Positions 26,616 through 34,464 of a stretch of 46,706 bases of DNA are shown in pieces. Each line of letters opens with the position of its first letter. Position 1 is the stretch's first letter. Both the position numbers and the translations under genes were made by a program. The DNA is from a virus (taxonomy: Duplodnaviria > Caudoviricetes), in IMG/VR virus record IMGVR_UViG_3300035524_000057, positions 1-46,706 of that record. One strand, 5' to 3'. The notes under the pieces were generated by a model that worked only from the letters and a program-made list of their open reading frames with translations, was not told the origin of the DNA and did not search any database.

Positions 26616-26972
26616 CTACGCCGCTCGTGGCACCCGCGCCCGCAGTCGCACATACGCCGCCCCGACCGCCCCGCCCTCGCCGTTGTAAAACGCATCGGCG
26701 TAGTCAACCGCCGCATCAAAGTCAGCAAGCGAGGCAACGAGCTGCACAGCCGCGTCCCGGCACAGCTCCAGGGCGCGCACCTCCTGAGCCTCCACCTCGC
26801 AGATCCTGTCACCGTGCGCCCGCCGCAGCCCCTGCCCACCTTCGCGGACAACAGCTGCCAGCGCGGCCACATCTGCACCGTCGCCATGATCACGCACCAA
26901 AAAAGAAGCGGCCATGATGTCGTACATGTGGCGGAACTCCGCCACGGCAAGGCGTTTCCGTCCCGCGCTCAT
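26616..26972 (-). CDS. Hypothetical protein, last gene of the leftward early operon
   Basis: ATG at 26972 just after the DUF3310 stop; Ala-rich. Confidence 0.55.
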   Translation of the reverse strand: MSAGRKRLAVAEFRHMYDIMAASFLVRDHGDGADVAALAAVVREGGQGLRRAHGDRICEVEAQEVRALELCRDAAVQLVASLADFDAAVDYADAFYNGEGGAVGAAYVRLRARVPRAA

Positions 26973-26974
26973 CC

Positions 26975-27244
26975 CTACCCCCTGGCCTGGTTGATGGTTT
27001 CTGCCATTTCCCGCGTCTCGGCATCCCAATCCGTTTGCCGAAACTCCATGTACTTCATGGCCTTAGCAATGTCCTCGACGCCATCCCCCTTGCCCTTCAG
27101 CCCGGCCCGCATGCGGTACTTGATCTCATTGCCCAGGCAGTATGCCCGGAACCCCTCTGCCCCCAGCACGGCCCGGATAATGTCAATCACCTCCACCGGG
27201 TAGGCTGTGTAATGGCTTGGATGATTTACGTTGTCTTCGTGCAC
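26975..27244 (-). CDS. DUF3310 (SaV-like) protein
   Basis: DNVNHPSHY...EVID...YCLGN.IKY..RAG.KG...EDI.KA..Y; GTG start chosen after GGAGG. Confidence 0.85.
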   Translation of the reverse strand: MHEDNVNHPSHYTAYPVEVIDIIRAVLGAEGFRAYCLGNEIKYRMRAGLKGKGDGVEDIAKAMKYMEFRQTDWDAETREMAETINQARG

Positions 27245-27435
27245 TTCTTCCTCCACCACTCCCGCACCTGTTCGATGTGCGGACAAATTAAAAATTCACG
27301 AATGGGCCTTGGCCGGGTGCCCCGCCTTTTTCCCCAGGCCGCATCGCCCCAACAAAACTTCCCATCAGGGGACAGGCAAGGCAGCTTGACCGCGTACTTT
27401 CCCCCGTCCTTCTGGCATGGCCGCCCATCTGTCAT
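27226..27435 (-). CDS. Small Cys-containing hypothetical protein (69 aa)
   Basis: ATGA coupling to the VRR-NUC stop. Confidence 0.55.
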   Translation of the reverse strand: MTDGRPCQKDGGKYAVKLPCLSPDGKFCWGDAAWGKRRGTRPRPIREFLICPHIEQVREWWRKKCTKTT

Positions 27436-27809
27436 GCGGCTACCCCGTATTCAGACTCTTCCAGGTATCGGGTGATCACCTCTCTGGCGTCGTCCCACCC
27501 GTAGCAGACAACAGCTTCGTAACCGGCCTCCACCAGCTCCCGTTGCCATGCTTTTTGATTGCCCCGGACACTCCCGCCGGGCTTTTTCATCTCAACGAAC
27601 AACCCATGTCGGCCGCAGGACGGCCAGGGCAAAAAAATATCAGGCACCCCGGCTTTGACGCCTTCACGTTTCAACACCGCTCCGGTCGCCGCGTTCCTGG
27701 CCCCGCCGTTCGGTATGGCAAACATCAACCGCAGCATGGGGTACCTGCTTTCAACCGTCCTGGCCCACCGAAACAAAGCTACTTGATGTTGGTGTTCAAC
27801 GTTTCTCAT
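27432..27809 (-). CDS. VRR-NUC domain nuclease (Holliday junction resolvase-like)
   Basis: EH..Q...FAIPNGGAR...LKREGVKAGVPD...FVEMK...Q..W. Confidence 0.92.
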   Translation of the reverse strand: MRNVEHQHQVALFRWARTVESRYPMLRLMFAIPNGGARNAATGAVLKREGVKAGVPDIFLPWPSCGRHGLFVEMKKPGGSVRGNQKAWQRELVEAGYEAVVCYGWDDAREVITRYLEESEYGVAA

Positions 27810-27967
27810 GCCGCTTTTCTCCTTTCCTCAGCATGTTGCTCACGCCGCTTCCGTGCGGCCTCCTCGTTAGCCTTCCAGTTATCCGCCCGGCGCACCTTCG
27901 TCCGCCTCACGTCATCATCCAAAATCGCCAGCCGAACCGCGCCCACAGCATATCCGTTGTATGCCAT
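27806..27967 (-). CDS. Small hypothetical protein (53 aa), below the ORF-track cutoff
   Basis: Read manually: MAYNGYAVGAVRL...RRKAA; start and stop overlap both neighbours. Confidence 0.55.
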   Translation of the reverse strand: MAYNGYAVGAVRLAILDDDVRRTKVRRADNWKANEEAARKRREQHAEERRKAA

Positions 27968-28461
27968 CACCACACCCCCACAGCTTGTTTGAATTTCTCG
28001 CCCAACGCCGTCCCATTTTCAATTTCTTCCCCTGCGGCAAAGTCCGGGTCATAAAGCTTATAAAGCGCGGCTAGGGCCTCAATACAGCGCAATGCGGCCA
28101 AACGCCGTCCCATGGGGAAACGCGGCACACTTTGGGCCACATCCTCGACCCACAAAAGCACAGCGTTGAGATACTCCACGGCGTTGACCTCTTCGCCGTA
28201 CTGCCGCGCCAACTCGGCCTTGAGCGCCCCGATCTCCCGGCGGTACTTGCGATAGTCTTTCGGGCAAAGTTCCAACCGTTCTCCACTCACGACTTCAGCC
28301 CACCATCTGCCGCGCTCAATTTTGAGTCGCCCCAGGGCACGGTCCGCGTTGCGGCGCATTGCCCCGGTCAGCTCGACGTTGGCCCTGCCCACGCCGTCAA
28401 TCACGGATTCGATCAAATCCATGGCCAGAATTTGCCGCAAAATAGAGCGCGACAGGATCAT
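27967..28461 (-). CDS. Hypothetical protein (164 aa)
   Basis: ATGA-coupled in the replication operon. Confidence 0.65.
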   Translation of the reverse strand: MILSRSILRQILAMDLIESVIDGVGRANVELTGAMRRNADRALGRLKIERGRWWAEVVSGERLELCPKDYRKYRREIGALKAELARQYGEEVNAVEYLNAVLLWVEDVAQSVPRFPMGRRLAALRCIEALAALYKLYDPDFAAGEEIENGTALGEKFKQAVGVW

Positions 28462-28883
28462 GCCGCCTCCTCCCGCAACATCCGCAATGCCACATTCACG
28501 GCTTCAAACCCGGAATAGCCCTGCTCCCGGGCTGCACGCAGTAACGCGGGCATCCGCCCGGTGGTTTGTTTCGGTTCCTCAATGGCCTGCCGCCGCCGCA
28601 TGGACGCGGGCAATATCCGCTCCTTGCGGTTCGCCTCCACCATGCGCCGAAGCCCTGCCGGAGTCGGGAACCGTTCTTCCTGGCGCATCCAACGATCAAA
28701 CCCCAGCTGGATTTCTTCGTGGTGGATGTCCTGCAACGCTTCGCCCCACTTTTCCGCCAAAAGCTGGATCTGCTCCGGCCCGCGATTGGAAAAAGGGAAC
28801 ACCTGATCCGCATCCATCACGGCCAGTGTCAGGCATTCCATCCGCCCCTCAGTGCGGCGGTAATCCAGTTCCCGTTGCCGCAT
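28458..28883 (-). CDS. Putative helicase loader / replication protein P-like
   Basis: Follows the initiator; W...L.D....I..G.....ERFPTPA pattern typical of phage loader proteins. Confidence 0.6.
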   Translation of the reverse strand: MRQRELDYRRTEGRMECLTLAVMDADQVFPFSNRGPEQIQLLAEKWGEALQDIHHEEIQLGFDRWMRQEERFPTPAGLRRMVEANRKERILPASMRRRQAIEEPKQTTGRMPALLRAAREQGYSGFEAVNVALRMLREEAA

Positions 28884-29736
28884 ATCCGTTTTCCTCCTTG
28901 GCTTCCCGCACTTGGCGACGCAGTTTGTTGACCATGGCAGCCTTTTGTTCTCCCAGGCTTACCGGCGGGCTTTTGCCTGGCGCAGCTTTGCGCCGGGGCT
29001 GGTCTTCCCAGCGCTTCCCGGTCAAATATTTCACCATCAACGGGGCAAACCCGTCAGCCCAAGCCGAATCCTGCTGGACCATGAGCTGGATGTGCTCCCG
29101 AATGGCGTACGACGGGGCCAGCGTGCCGTTGCGCGCCAGGCGCACCCACTCCCGCCAGGCGTTTTCCTGGTCTTGCTGCACCGGGTAAACCTGCCAGCAG
29201 GACAAAAACGCAGGCCACTCAGGGTCACCCCTGGACGGGCAATCCAGCTTTTTGGGCTTGGGCGGGTTGCCCGCTTGCCGTTCGTCGGCAGGGGGCAGAC
29301 CGTCGGCCGGGTGGCCGTCAGCCTCGCGCGCGCGTCTTTCTCTCTCTTCTTCTAACTCTGTCTCTGTATCTGGTGCGACATTGTCCGGAGCTTGTCCGGA
29401 TACTTTAGCCTTCTTTCTTGTGTATTCATCGCGGTATTTTAATAGCTTAGGGCAATCCACGCGGATCAATTTTTCACCGATTTCCACGGAAAAAAGACCA
29501 AGTTTTGACGAAAAGTTGAGAAAGTTTCGAAACTTTTTGGGCGAAATTTGCGTAAAACTTCGCCAGTTTTTCGGCGAAAGCTCGACAAAGGTTTTGTTGT
29601 CGTCATCGTCGAGCTGCTCCGCGATGCGCTCTAAAAGCAGCCAGTACAACCCATACCCTTCAAGACCGAACTCGTCCCGAATGCGCAAAAGAGCTTCATC
29701 TAAATGTGAAGACGCCATATGCTTGAACCAGCGCAT
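28849..29736 (-). CDS. Phage replication initiator (DUF4373 / Lin1244-like N-terminus)
   Basis: WFKH......D..L......G.EGYGLYW.LLE; C-terminal F..CWQVYP...YL.GKRWED. Confidence 0.8.
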   Translation of the reverse strand: MRWFKHMASSHLDEALLRIRDEFGLEGYGLYWLLLERIAEQLDDDDNKTFVELSPKNWRSFTQISPKKFRNFLNFSSKLGLFSVEIGEKLIRVDCPKLLKYRDEYTRKKAKVSGQAPDNVAPDTETELEEERERRAREADGHPADGLPPADERQAGNPPKPKKLDCPSRGDPEWPAFLSCWQVYPVQQDQENAWREWVRLARNGTLAPSYAIREHIQLMVQQDSAWADGFAPLMVKYLTGKRWEDQPRRKAAPGKSPPVSLGEQKAAMVNKLRRQVREAKEENGYAATGTGLPPH

Positions 29737-29740
29737 TTAT

Positions 29741-29902
29741 TTATCCCCCCACCCCAAACATCCAGCGCACCAAGCGCGGTATGCGTTGCAGCTTGCGGCG
29801 CAGGGCCACGGCCTCGCGGTGCCGCATGTGGGCTTCATGCGCCTTTTCTTGGGCAATGCGCTTCCAGGACGGCCGGCGGGTGACAACGCGCTCAACAGGC
29901 AT
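29741..29902 (-). CDS. Small basic hypothetical protein (53 aa), below the ORF-track cutoff
   Basis: Read manually: GAGGT RBS, MPVERVVTRRPSWK...FGVGG; fills the gap in the operon. Confidence 0.45.
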   Translation of the reverse strand: MPVERVVTRRPSWKRIAQEKAHEAHMRHREAVALRRKLQRIPRLVRWMFGVGG

Positions 29903-29904
29903 AG

Positions 29905-30117
29905 CTACCTCAATGGCGCATGGTTGATGTCGCGGTAGTCCACGCCGTTACCGGGCAGCAACTTCAGCGGGTCAGTGGTTGGGACGAGGTTGGGGCTTGC
30001 AGCCCGTCGCGATCGTTCCCAGACGCTGCGCCCGCAATCCTGGCCGCAATATTTTGCCGTGTTGCAGCGTGTTTCAAACTCTTTGCCGCATACCAGGCAG
30101 ATCTTGGTCCACTTCAT
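29905..30117 (-). CDS. Small zinc-finger-like protein (70 aa)
   Basis: CLVCGKEF...KYCGQDC; ATGA-coupled to the CII-like gene. Confidence 0.65.
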   Translation of the reverse strand: MKWTKICLVCGKEFETRCNTAKYCGQDCGRSVWERSRRAASPNLVPTTDPLKLLPGNGVDYRDINHAPLR

Positions 30118-30557
30118 GCCGCGTCCCTCCTGGTTGGCAGTTCGCATACGCCGCGCACCCGCGCAAAAATGTCTTCCAGTTCCTTGATGGCCCGTTCCAG
30201 CTTCGGCCCGATGGCCACATAGCCCTCCCCTGCGTTCACGGCCTGCATGTACTCGCTCACCGCGTCCAACGCCTGGACCAGTTCGTCCTGCATGTCCCGC
30301 CCGTCCGGCTGGGCGTCAATGCAGACCACCCGGCAGCCGCACCGGGCCGCAAGGTGCTGGAGCGGCTGGATGCCGCCGCAAACCGACAGCATCCGCACCA
30401 AATCCAGCACGCCGAATTTGGCTCCGTCGTCCGCCGGGTTCAGTTCGCGCATCAGCGTGGTGTACGGCTTGCCCATCTCTTCGGCGATGGCCTTTCGGGG
30501 CTTTCCGCTGGCCTCAATCATCTCTTCGATGGCGTCCAGGATGTTTTCATGTTGCAT
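30114..30557 (-). CDS. Phage regulatory protein, CII (CP76-like) family
   Basis: KAIAEEMGKPYTTLMRELNP.D.GAK.G helix-turn-helix pattern; downstream of cro. Confidence 0.8.
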   Translation of the reverse strand: MQHENILDAIEEMIEASGKPRKAIAEEMGKPYTTLMRELNPADDGAKFGVLDLVRMLSVCGGIQPLQHLAARCGCRVVCIDAQPDGRDMQDELVQALDAVSEYMQAVNAGEGYVAIGPKLERAIKELEDIFARVRGVCELPTRRDAA

Positions 30558-30616
30558 GAGATATCAACCCTCACTGGATAATTGTTTTTGGATGCTTCCC
30601 GCGTTTTTGTGGGTTC

Positions 30617-30853
30617 ATGGAGATAGACCTTCGTATCCACTTCAGGCGTCAAAAGGGCGGCGTCCTCGCCACAGTGCGAATGCTCACCGAGCACGATATC
30701 CACTTCCACCGCGTCTTGCTTCCGCCGGATGTGGACCCGGCAGACGTGCAACTCGCGCTTGCGGACAAGGCGCTCAGGCACTTGCAGCGCACCGGCGGGC
30801 CAGGATCGCGGGTTGTGACCATGCAGGCACCGCTCCCGGCTACCGCACGCTAA
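30617..30853 (+). CDS. Possible counter-oriented hypothetical protein (78 aa)
   Basis: Protein-like ORF filling the gap between cro-linked ORFs and cII; weak RBS. Confidence 0.4.
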   Translation: MEIDLRIHFRRQKGGVLATVRMLTEHDIHFHRVLLPPDVDPADVQLALADKALRHLQRTGGPGSRVVTMQAPLPATAR

Positions 30854-30909
30854 ACGCGGCCAGGGCCAGGACCATGAGCAAAAAAAGGGCTTCCAAAGCG
30901 GTCATAAGG

Positions 30910-31149
30910 CTACCTCGCAGAAAGCCCCGCCCAAAGGCTCGTCGCTGCGGCCAAAGACGACGCCAACGGCGCAGCAGCTTCCGGCACTGCGGACACGCCA
31001 AAGTGCACGCAACCACATGCGATCCCGGCAACAACGCTTGTCGCCATGCAGAGCGCGATTGTGGGCGTCCTTCGGACAAACAAAAAAATACATGCCCAGC
31101 CGCAGGAGGCGGCCCAAATCGACACAGCGCAAATTCCGTATGCACTCAT
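30910..31149 (-). CDS. Hypothetical membrane protein (79 aa)
   Basis: ATGA coupling to the cro stop with GGAGG RBS; hydrophobic. Confidence 0.45.
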   Translation of the reverse strand: MSAYGICAVSIWAASCGWACIFLFVRRTPTIALCMATSVVAGIACGCVHFGVSAVPEAAAPLASSLAAATSLWAGLSAR

Positions 31150-31379
31150 GCCGCCTCCTGCTGCTCCCCGTCGGGCCGTGGGCGCTTGTCGCCGTAAAGG
31201 TCCGGCCGCAACTCGGAAAGCGGGATGCCCAAAGTTCGGTGGTACACGAAAGAGGCTTCTCCGGGGATTCTGTCAGCAGAGCAGTGTCTCCATACGGAAG
31301 CCTTCGCCCCCCCAGCCAAAACGGCCAATTCGTCATAGGTGAGCTTTTTGGCCCTTCGAAATTTTTCAAGTGCGTTCAT
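31146..31379 (-). CDS. Cro-like HTH regulator (77 aa)
   Basis: LEKFRRAKKLTYDELA...ASVWRH...IPLSELRPDLY; divergent from the putative repressor. Confidence 0.8.
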   Translation of the reverse strand: MNALEKFRRAKKLTYDELAVLAGGAKASVWRHCSADRIPGEASFVYHRTLGIPLSELRPDLYGDKRPRPDGEQQEAA

Positions 31380-31386
31380 GTCGGCA

Positions 31387-31463
31387 ACAGTACCAAATCT
31401 GAAACTTTTAGCAAGTAAAAATGCCAATCCTGAAATTGACGCACAACCGGGCCATGATATTAA
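31387..31463. promoter_or_regulatory. Divergent cro/cI promoters with two operator copies
   Basis: Operators TACCAAATCTGAAA 31391-31404 and TGCCAATCCTGAAA 31422-31435; minus strand TTGCTA-16-TACTGT; plus strand TTGACG-16-TATTAA. Confidence 0.65.
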
Positions 31464-31469
31464 CGGAGC

Positions 31470-31856
31470 ATGGGGATTTTACACGTGAAGATATTAGACA
31501 AAATCAAAGCGTTCATTGCTGAAAACGGTGGCGTTGACGAAGTGGTCAAGCAAGAAATTTTAATTGGGTCGCGGTCTACCCTCTTTAGAGCCACGAAAGA
31601 GGACAAACTCCCAGGGGGAGACACTCTTTTGTCTTGGCTTGAAACGCTTAATGCGAAAATAATTTTCCCCGGTGATCCTTGTTTGTCCAAGTGCGCGACA
31701 AAAGAGGCCGCAGCGGTTGACGCAGCCATACTTGCGATGAGAGGCGCGGGGATGGCCGAGCCTGCTGTCCGGGCCGGTGCTGTCAACGAGCTAGATTCAC
31801 AATTCGAAAAAAAATGCAGTCCAGAATCGACTGAGCAAACAAAACGTGCCAGTTAA
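31470..31856 (+). CDS. Putative prophage repressor (cI position) with no S24 peptidase domain (128 aa)
   Basis: Divergent from cro; SRSTLFR...KLPGGDTLLSWLETL resembles an XRE-type HTH; too short for a LexA-like protease domain. Confidence 0.55.
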   Translation: MGILHVKILDKIKAFIAENGGVDEVVKQEILIGSRSTLFRATKEDKLPGGDTLLSWLETLNAKIIFPGDPCLSKCATKEAAAVDAAILAMRGAGMAEPAVRAGAVNELDSQFEKKCSPESTEQTKRAS

Positions 31857-31974
31857 AGGTGTTACGTGGCGGCCTTACGGGTTCTCATCGGTCAAAAAAT
31901 AGGGTTGTTGATAGGGGAAACTCCCAACTTGTACTTATAAACACCGTTCGCAGCAGAACAAACAAGGAGACACC

Positions 31975-32358
31975 ATGAGCCTTGTCAGCAGGGTCTGGCG
32001 CGGGGAAATCACACTCTGGAAAACGTATTGGTTTGGAGGTTTGTTTCTGGTAGCCTTAAGTACGGTCTGCGATCTCTTGGTCCTATTCCTTGCGGAGCGG
32101 GTTGCACATCACAAATTGCCCGCTACCACATTCCTTTTGCTCCTCATTGCTTTTGCAGCCGTTAAGATTTGGTCCTGGGGGCTGCTTTTGGGCGGCGTCT
32201 GGCGCAGCGCAGGGAACTATCAAGGCCCGGCGTTCTGGAAAATTCTGGCCCGCATCGTGGTGGTTATCGGCGCACTCAGCCTAACGGCATTCGCATCAAC
32301 TTTTTTGCGGGCGTGCACCAACATGGTTGAGGCAGGCTATTACAACGGCCTCTCATAA
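31975..32358 (+). CDS. Hypothetical membrane protein (about 3 TM)
   Basis: AAGGAG RBS; W.G...LWKTYW and GVWRSA..Y.G...W..LAR pattern; hydrophobic helices. Confidence 0.8.
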   Translation: MSLVSRVWRGEITLWKTYWFGGLFLVALSTVCDLLVLFLAERVAHHKLPATTFLLLLIAFAAVKIWSWGLLLGGVWRSAGNYQGPAFWKILARIVVVIGALSLTAFASTFLRACTNMVEAGYYNGLS

Positions 32359-32402
32359 CCGGCCACAGGCCCAGGATAAACAAAATCAACAAGGGTTCAA
32401 AG

Positions 32403-32756
32403 ATGCTGACAGTCGCCGGATTTGTTGTTGGGATTATTGTCTATAATCTTTCCGCATTTATATTGGCCAGCCTCTTCTTGTTGACACAAAAAGATAAATT
32501 CATTTTTGGTGCCGCGATTGGTTTTTTATCAACCTTCAGCGCGACGTTTGTCTTTATGAAAACAGCGAAACACTGGCCGCCCTCCCCCTGGGTGTCGGTT
32601 CTTTTTTTCCTCTTCCTTTGTGGTTCAGCCTTAGGGCCAGCGCGAAAGATCCACGCGTACAGTGGTGGCCTTGCCGAAGTCCCCAATTGGCTGACCGGAC
32701 ACTTTTGGGGAACAATCTGTCTGTCTGGGATGACAATGTACAAAATGTACTTGTAA
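32403..32756 (+). CDS. Hypothetical membrane protein (about 4 TM)
   Basis: Very hydrophobic 117-aa ORF in visibly T-rich DNA. Confidence 0.7.
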   Translation: MLTVAGFVVGIIVYNLSAFILASLFLLTQKDKFIFGAAIGFLSTFSATFVFMKTAKHWPPSPWVSVLFFLFLCGSALGPARKIHAYSGGLAEVPNWLTGHFWGTICLSGMTMYKMYL

Positions 32757-32801
32757 TTGGCCCGAGAAGTATGCCCTAATCCGCAAGAAATTGAGACCAA
32801 A

Positions 32802-33209
32802 ATGGCACACATGAGCAAGGCTTACCTGCTATTATTCTCCTTGTTGCTTCTTGGTTCTTGCACGCCGTCAACCTGGCACTACGTCCGCACCATTGACGGT
32901 GACACCATTGTCATGTCCAACCCGAGCTGGCCGGAAGTCGTCGGCCAGGGAATCCCCGTGCGCCTTGCTGGATGCGATGCCCCAGAGCTGTCCGCCGAAG
33001 ATCCGAACCTGCACGCCCTTGCGGAGCGCTCCCGCGACGCTGTACGCCACATCATGGAACACGCCACAACCATCGAGATGGAGCGCATTAAGCGCGGCAT
33101 GTATTTCCGCATTGTCGCCAACGTCGTTGTTGACGGCGTCCCCCTTTGCCCGTTGTTGATTCGCCAGGGCTTGGCCCGCCCCTATGACGGCGGCAAGCAT
33201 CCCTGGTAA
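32802..33209 (+). CDS. Thermonuclease (SNase-like) family protein, probable lipoprotein
   Basis: IDGDT, VRLAGCDAPE, YFRIVANV, L..GLA.PY.GG; signal MSKAYLLLFSLLLLGSC with lipobox; start at 32802 or 32811. Confidence 0.85.
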   Translation: MAHMSKAYLLLFSLLLLGSCTPSTWHYVRTIDGDTIVMSNPSWPEVVGQGIPVRLAGCDAPELSAEDPNLHALAERSRDAVRHIMEHATTIEMERIKRGMYFRIVANVVVDGVPLCPLLIRQGLARPYDGGKHPW

Positions 33210-33249
33210 CCAACCTCTCCTGACCTCTTTCCATTTTGGAAACAACTGT

Positions 33250-33273
33250 TCCCGCTTCGGCGGGATTTTTTTT
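33250..33273 (+). terminator. Intrinsic terminator closing the repressor-linked cassette
   Basis: TCCCGC-TTCG-GCGGGA followed by a T tract. Confidence 0.85.
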
Positions 33274-33282
33274 GGCCAATCT

Positions 33283-33332
33283 ATTTCAAATTTGAAATTT
33301 TATCTTGACCTTTGTTTCAAATTTGGTATTCT
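33283..33332 (+). promoter_or_regulatory. Early promoter (lambda PL-equivalent) with operators
   Basis: Perfect palindrome ATTTCAAATTTGAAAT 33283-33298; TTGACC 33305-33310, 16 bp, TATTCT with upstream TG; operator TTTCAAATTTGGTA 33315-33328. Confidence 0.7.
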
Positions 33333-33510
33333 CTCTTCACCAACGCGGCACACCGCCCCGAAAACCCTCGCCACGGCAGGAAGTACGGGCAGGAGCCGCG
33401 AAGGTACCCGGCCAGGGCGGCAGGGAGGCGCGAACAGCCGAGAGGCTCAGTAAACGACCTAGAACGAGGCCCACGATGGACGGGGAAAACGCAAACATGG
33501 AGGCAAACAG

Positions 33511-34464
33511 ATGCGAGAGCTGGCCGAAGACGAAATTCAAATCCTGCAACGACACAGAAAATTCCTTGCTGGCGAGGTTGGCGGAGAGCTGGCCGACCTG
33601 AGAGGGGCCGACCTGAGAGGGGCCGACCTGTTCAGGGCCGACCTGAGCGAGGCCGACCTGAGAGGGGCCGACCTGAGAGAGGCCAACCTGAGAGGGGCCG
33701 ACCTGAGAGGGGCCAACCTGAGAGAGGCCAACCTGAGAGGGGCCGACCTGTTCAGGGCCGACCTGAGAGGGGCCAACCTGTTCAGGGCCAACCTGAGAGG
33801 GGCCAACCTGTTCAGGGCCAACCTGAGCGAGGCCGACCTGAGAGGGGCCGACCTGAGAGGGGCCGACCTGAGAGGGGCCGACCTGTTCAGGGCCGACCTG
33901 AGCGAGGCCGACCTGAGAGAGGCCAACCTGAGAGGGGCCGACCTGTTCAGGGCCGACCTGTTCAGGGCCAACCTGAGAGGGGCCGACCTGAGAGAGGTCG
34001 ACCTGAGAGGGGCCAGCCTGTTCAGGGCCAACCTGTTCAGGGCCAACCTGAGAGAGGCCGACCTGTTCAGGGCCGACCTGAGCGAGGCCGACCTGAGAGG
34101 GGCCAACCTGAGAGAGGCCGACCTGAGAGAGGTCGACCTGAGAGGGGCCAGCCTGTTCAGGGCCAACCTGTTCAGGGCCAACCTGAGAGAGGCCGACCTG
34201 AGAGAGGTCGACCTGAGAGGGGCCAGCCTGAGCGAGGCCGACCTGAGAGGGGCCAACCTTGATTTCTCTTGCTGGCCGCTTCACTGCGGCTCGACAACTC
34301 CCAAAGTGGACGACCGTTTTTTTGCACAACTCATTTTTCATCTCACGCGTCTAGACGTATCTGCGGCTTCGGGCGGGGTTCGCGAGGCGATGGATTACAT
34401 CCGCCAGATGGCCGCGGCAGACTTATTTTGCGAGTACCGCCACGACCTGAGGCGGATTGACTAG
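33511..34464 (+). CDS. Pentapeptide-repeat protein (317 aa)
   Basis: GGAGG RBS; about 45 A(D/N)Lxx repeats flanked by IL..H..FL.G..GG and LDFSCWPL.CGS, typical of phage pentapeptide proteins. Confidence 0.95.
   Translation: MRELAEDEIQILQRHRKFLAGEVGGELADLRGADLRGADLFRADLSEADLRGADLREANLRGADLRGANLREANLRGADLFRADLRGANLFRANLRGANLFRANLSEADLRGADLRGADLRGADLFRADLSEADLREANLRGADLFRADLFRANLRGADLREVDLRGASLFRANLFRANLREADLFRADLSEADLRGANLREADLREVDLRGASLFRANLFRANLREADLREVDLRGASLSEADLRGANLDFSCWPLHCGSTTPKVDDRFFAQLIFHLTRLDVSAASGGVREAMDYIRQMAAADLFCEYRHDLRRID
33592..34260 (+). repeat. 15-bp coding tandem array, about 45 units
   Basis: Units are (AGAGGG/TTCAGG/AGCGAG/AGAGAG)+(GCCGACCTG/GCCAACCTG/GTCGACCTG/GCCAGCCTG); 44 full units in 33601-34260. 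Confidence 0.97.

Noticed and set aside
33592-34260. CRISPR-like array
   Set aside because: Units are contiguous 15-mers with no unique spacers, lie in frame in a pentapeptide gene, and no cas genes are present.
33312-34341. Long alternative-frame ORFs (316, 334 and 239 aa) over the repeat
   Set aside because: The 15-bp unit lacks stop codons in those frames; only the 33511 frame has an RBS and family-typical flanks.
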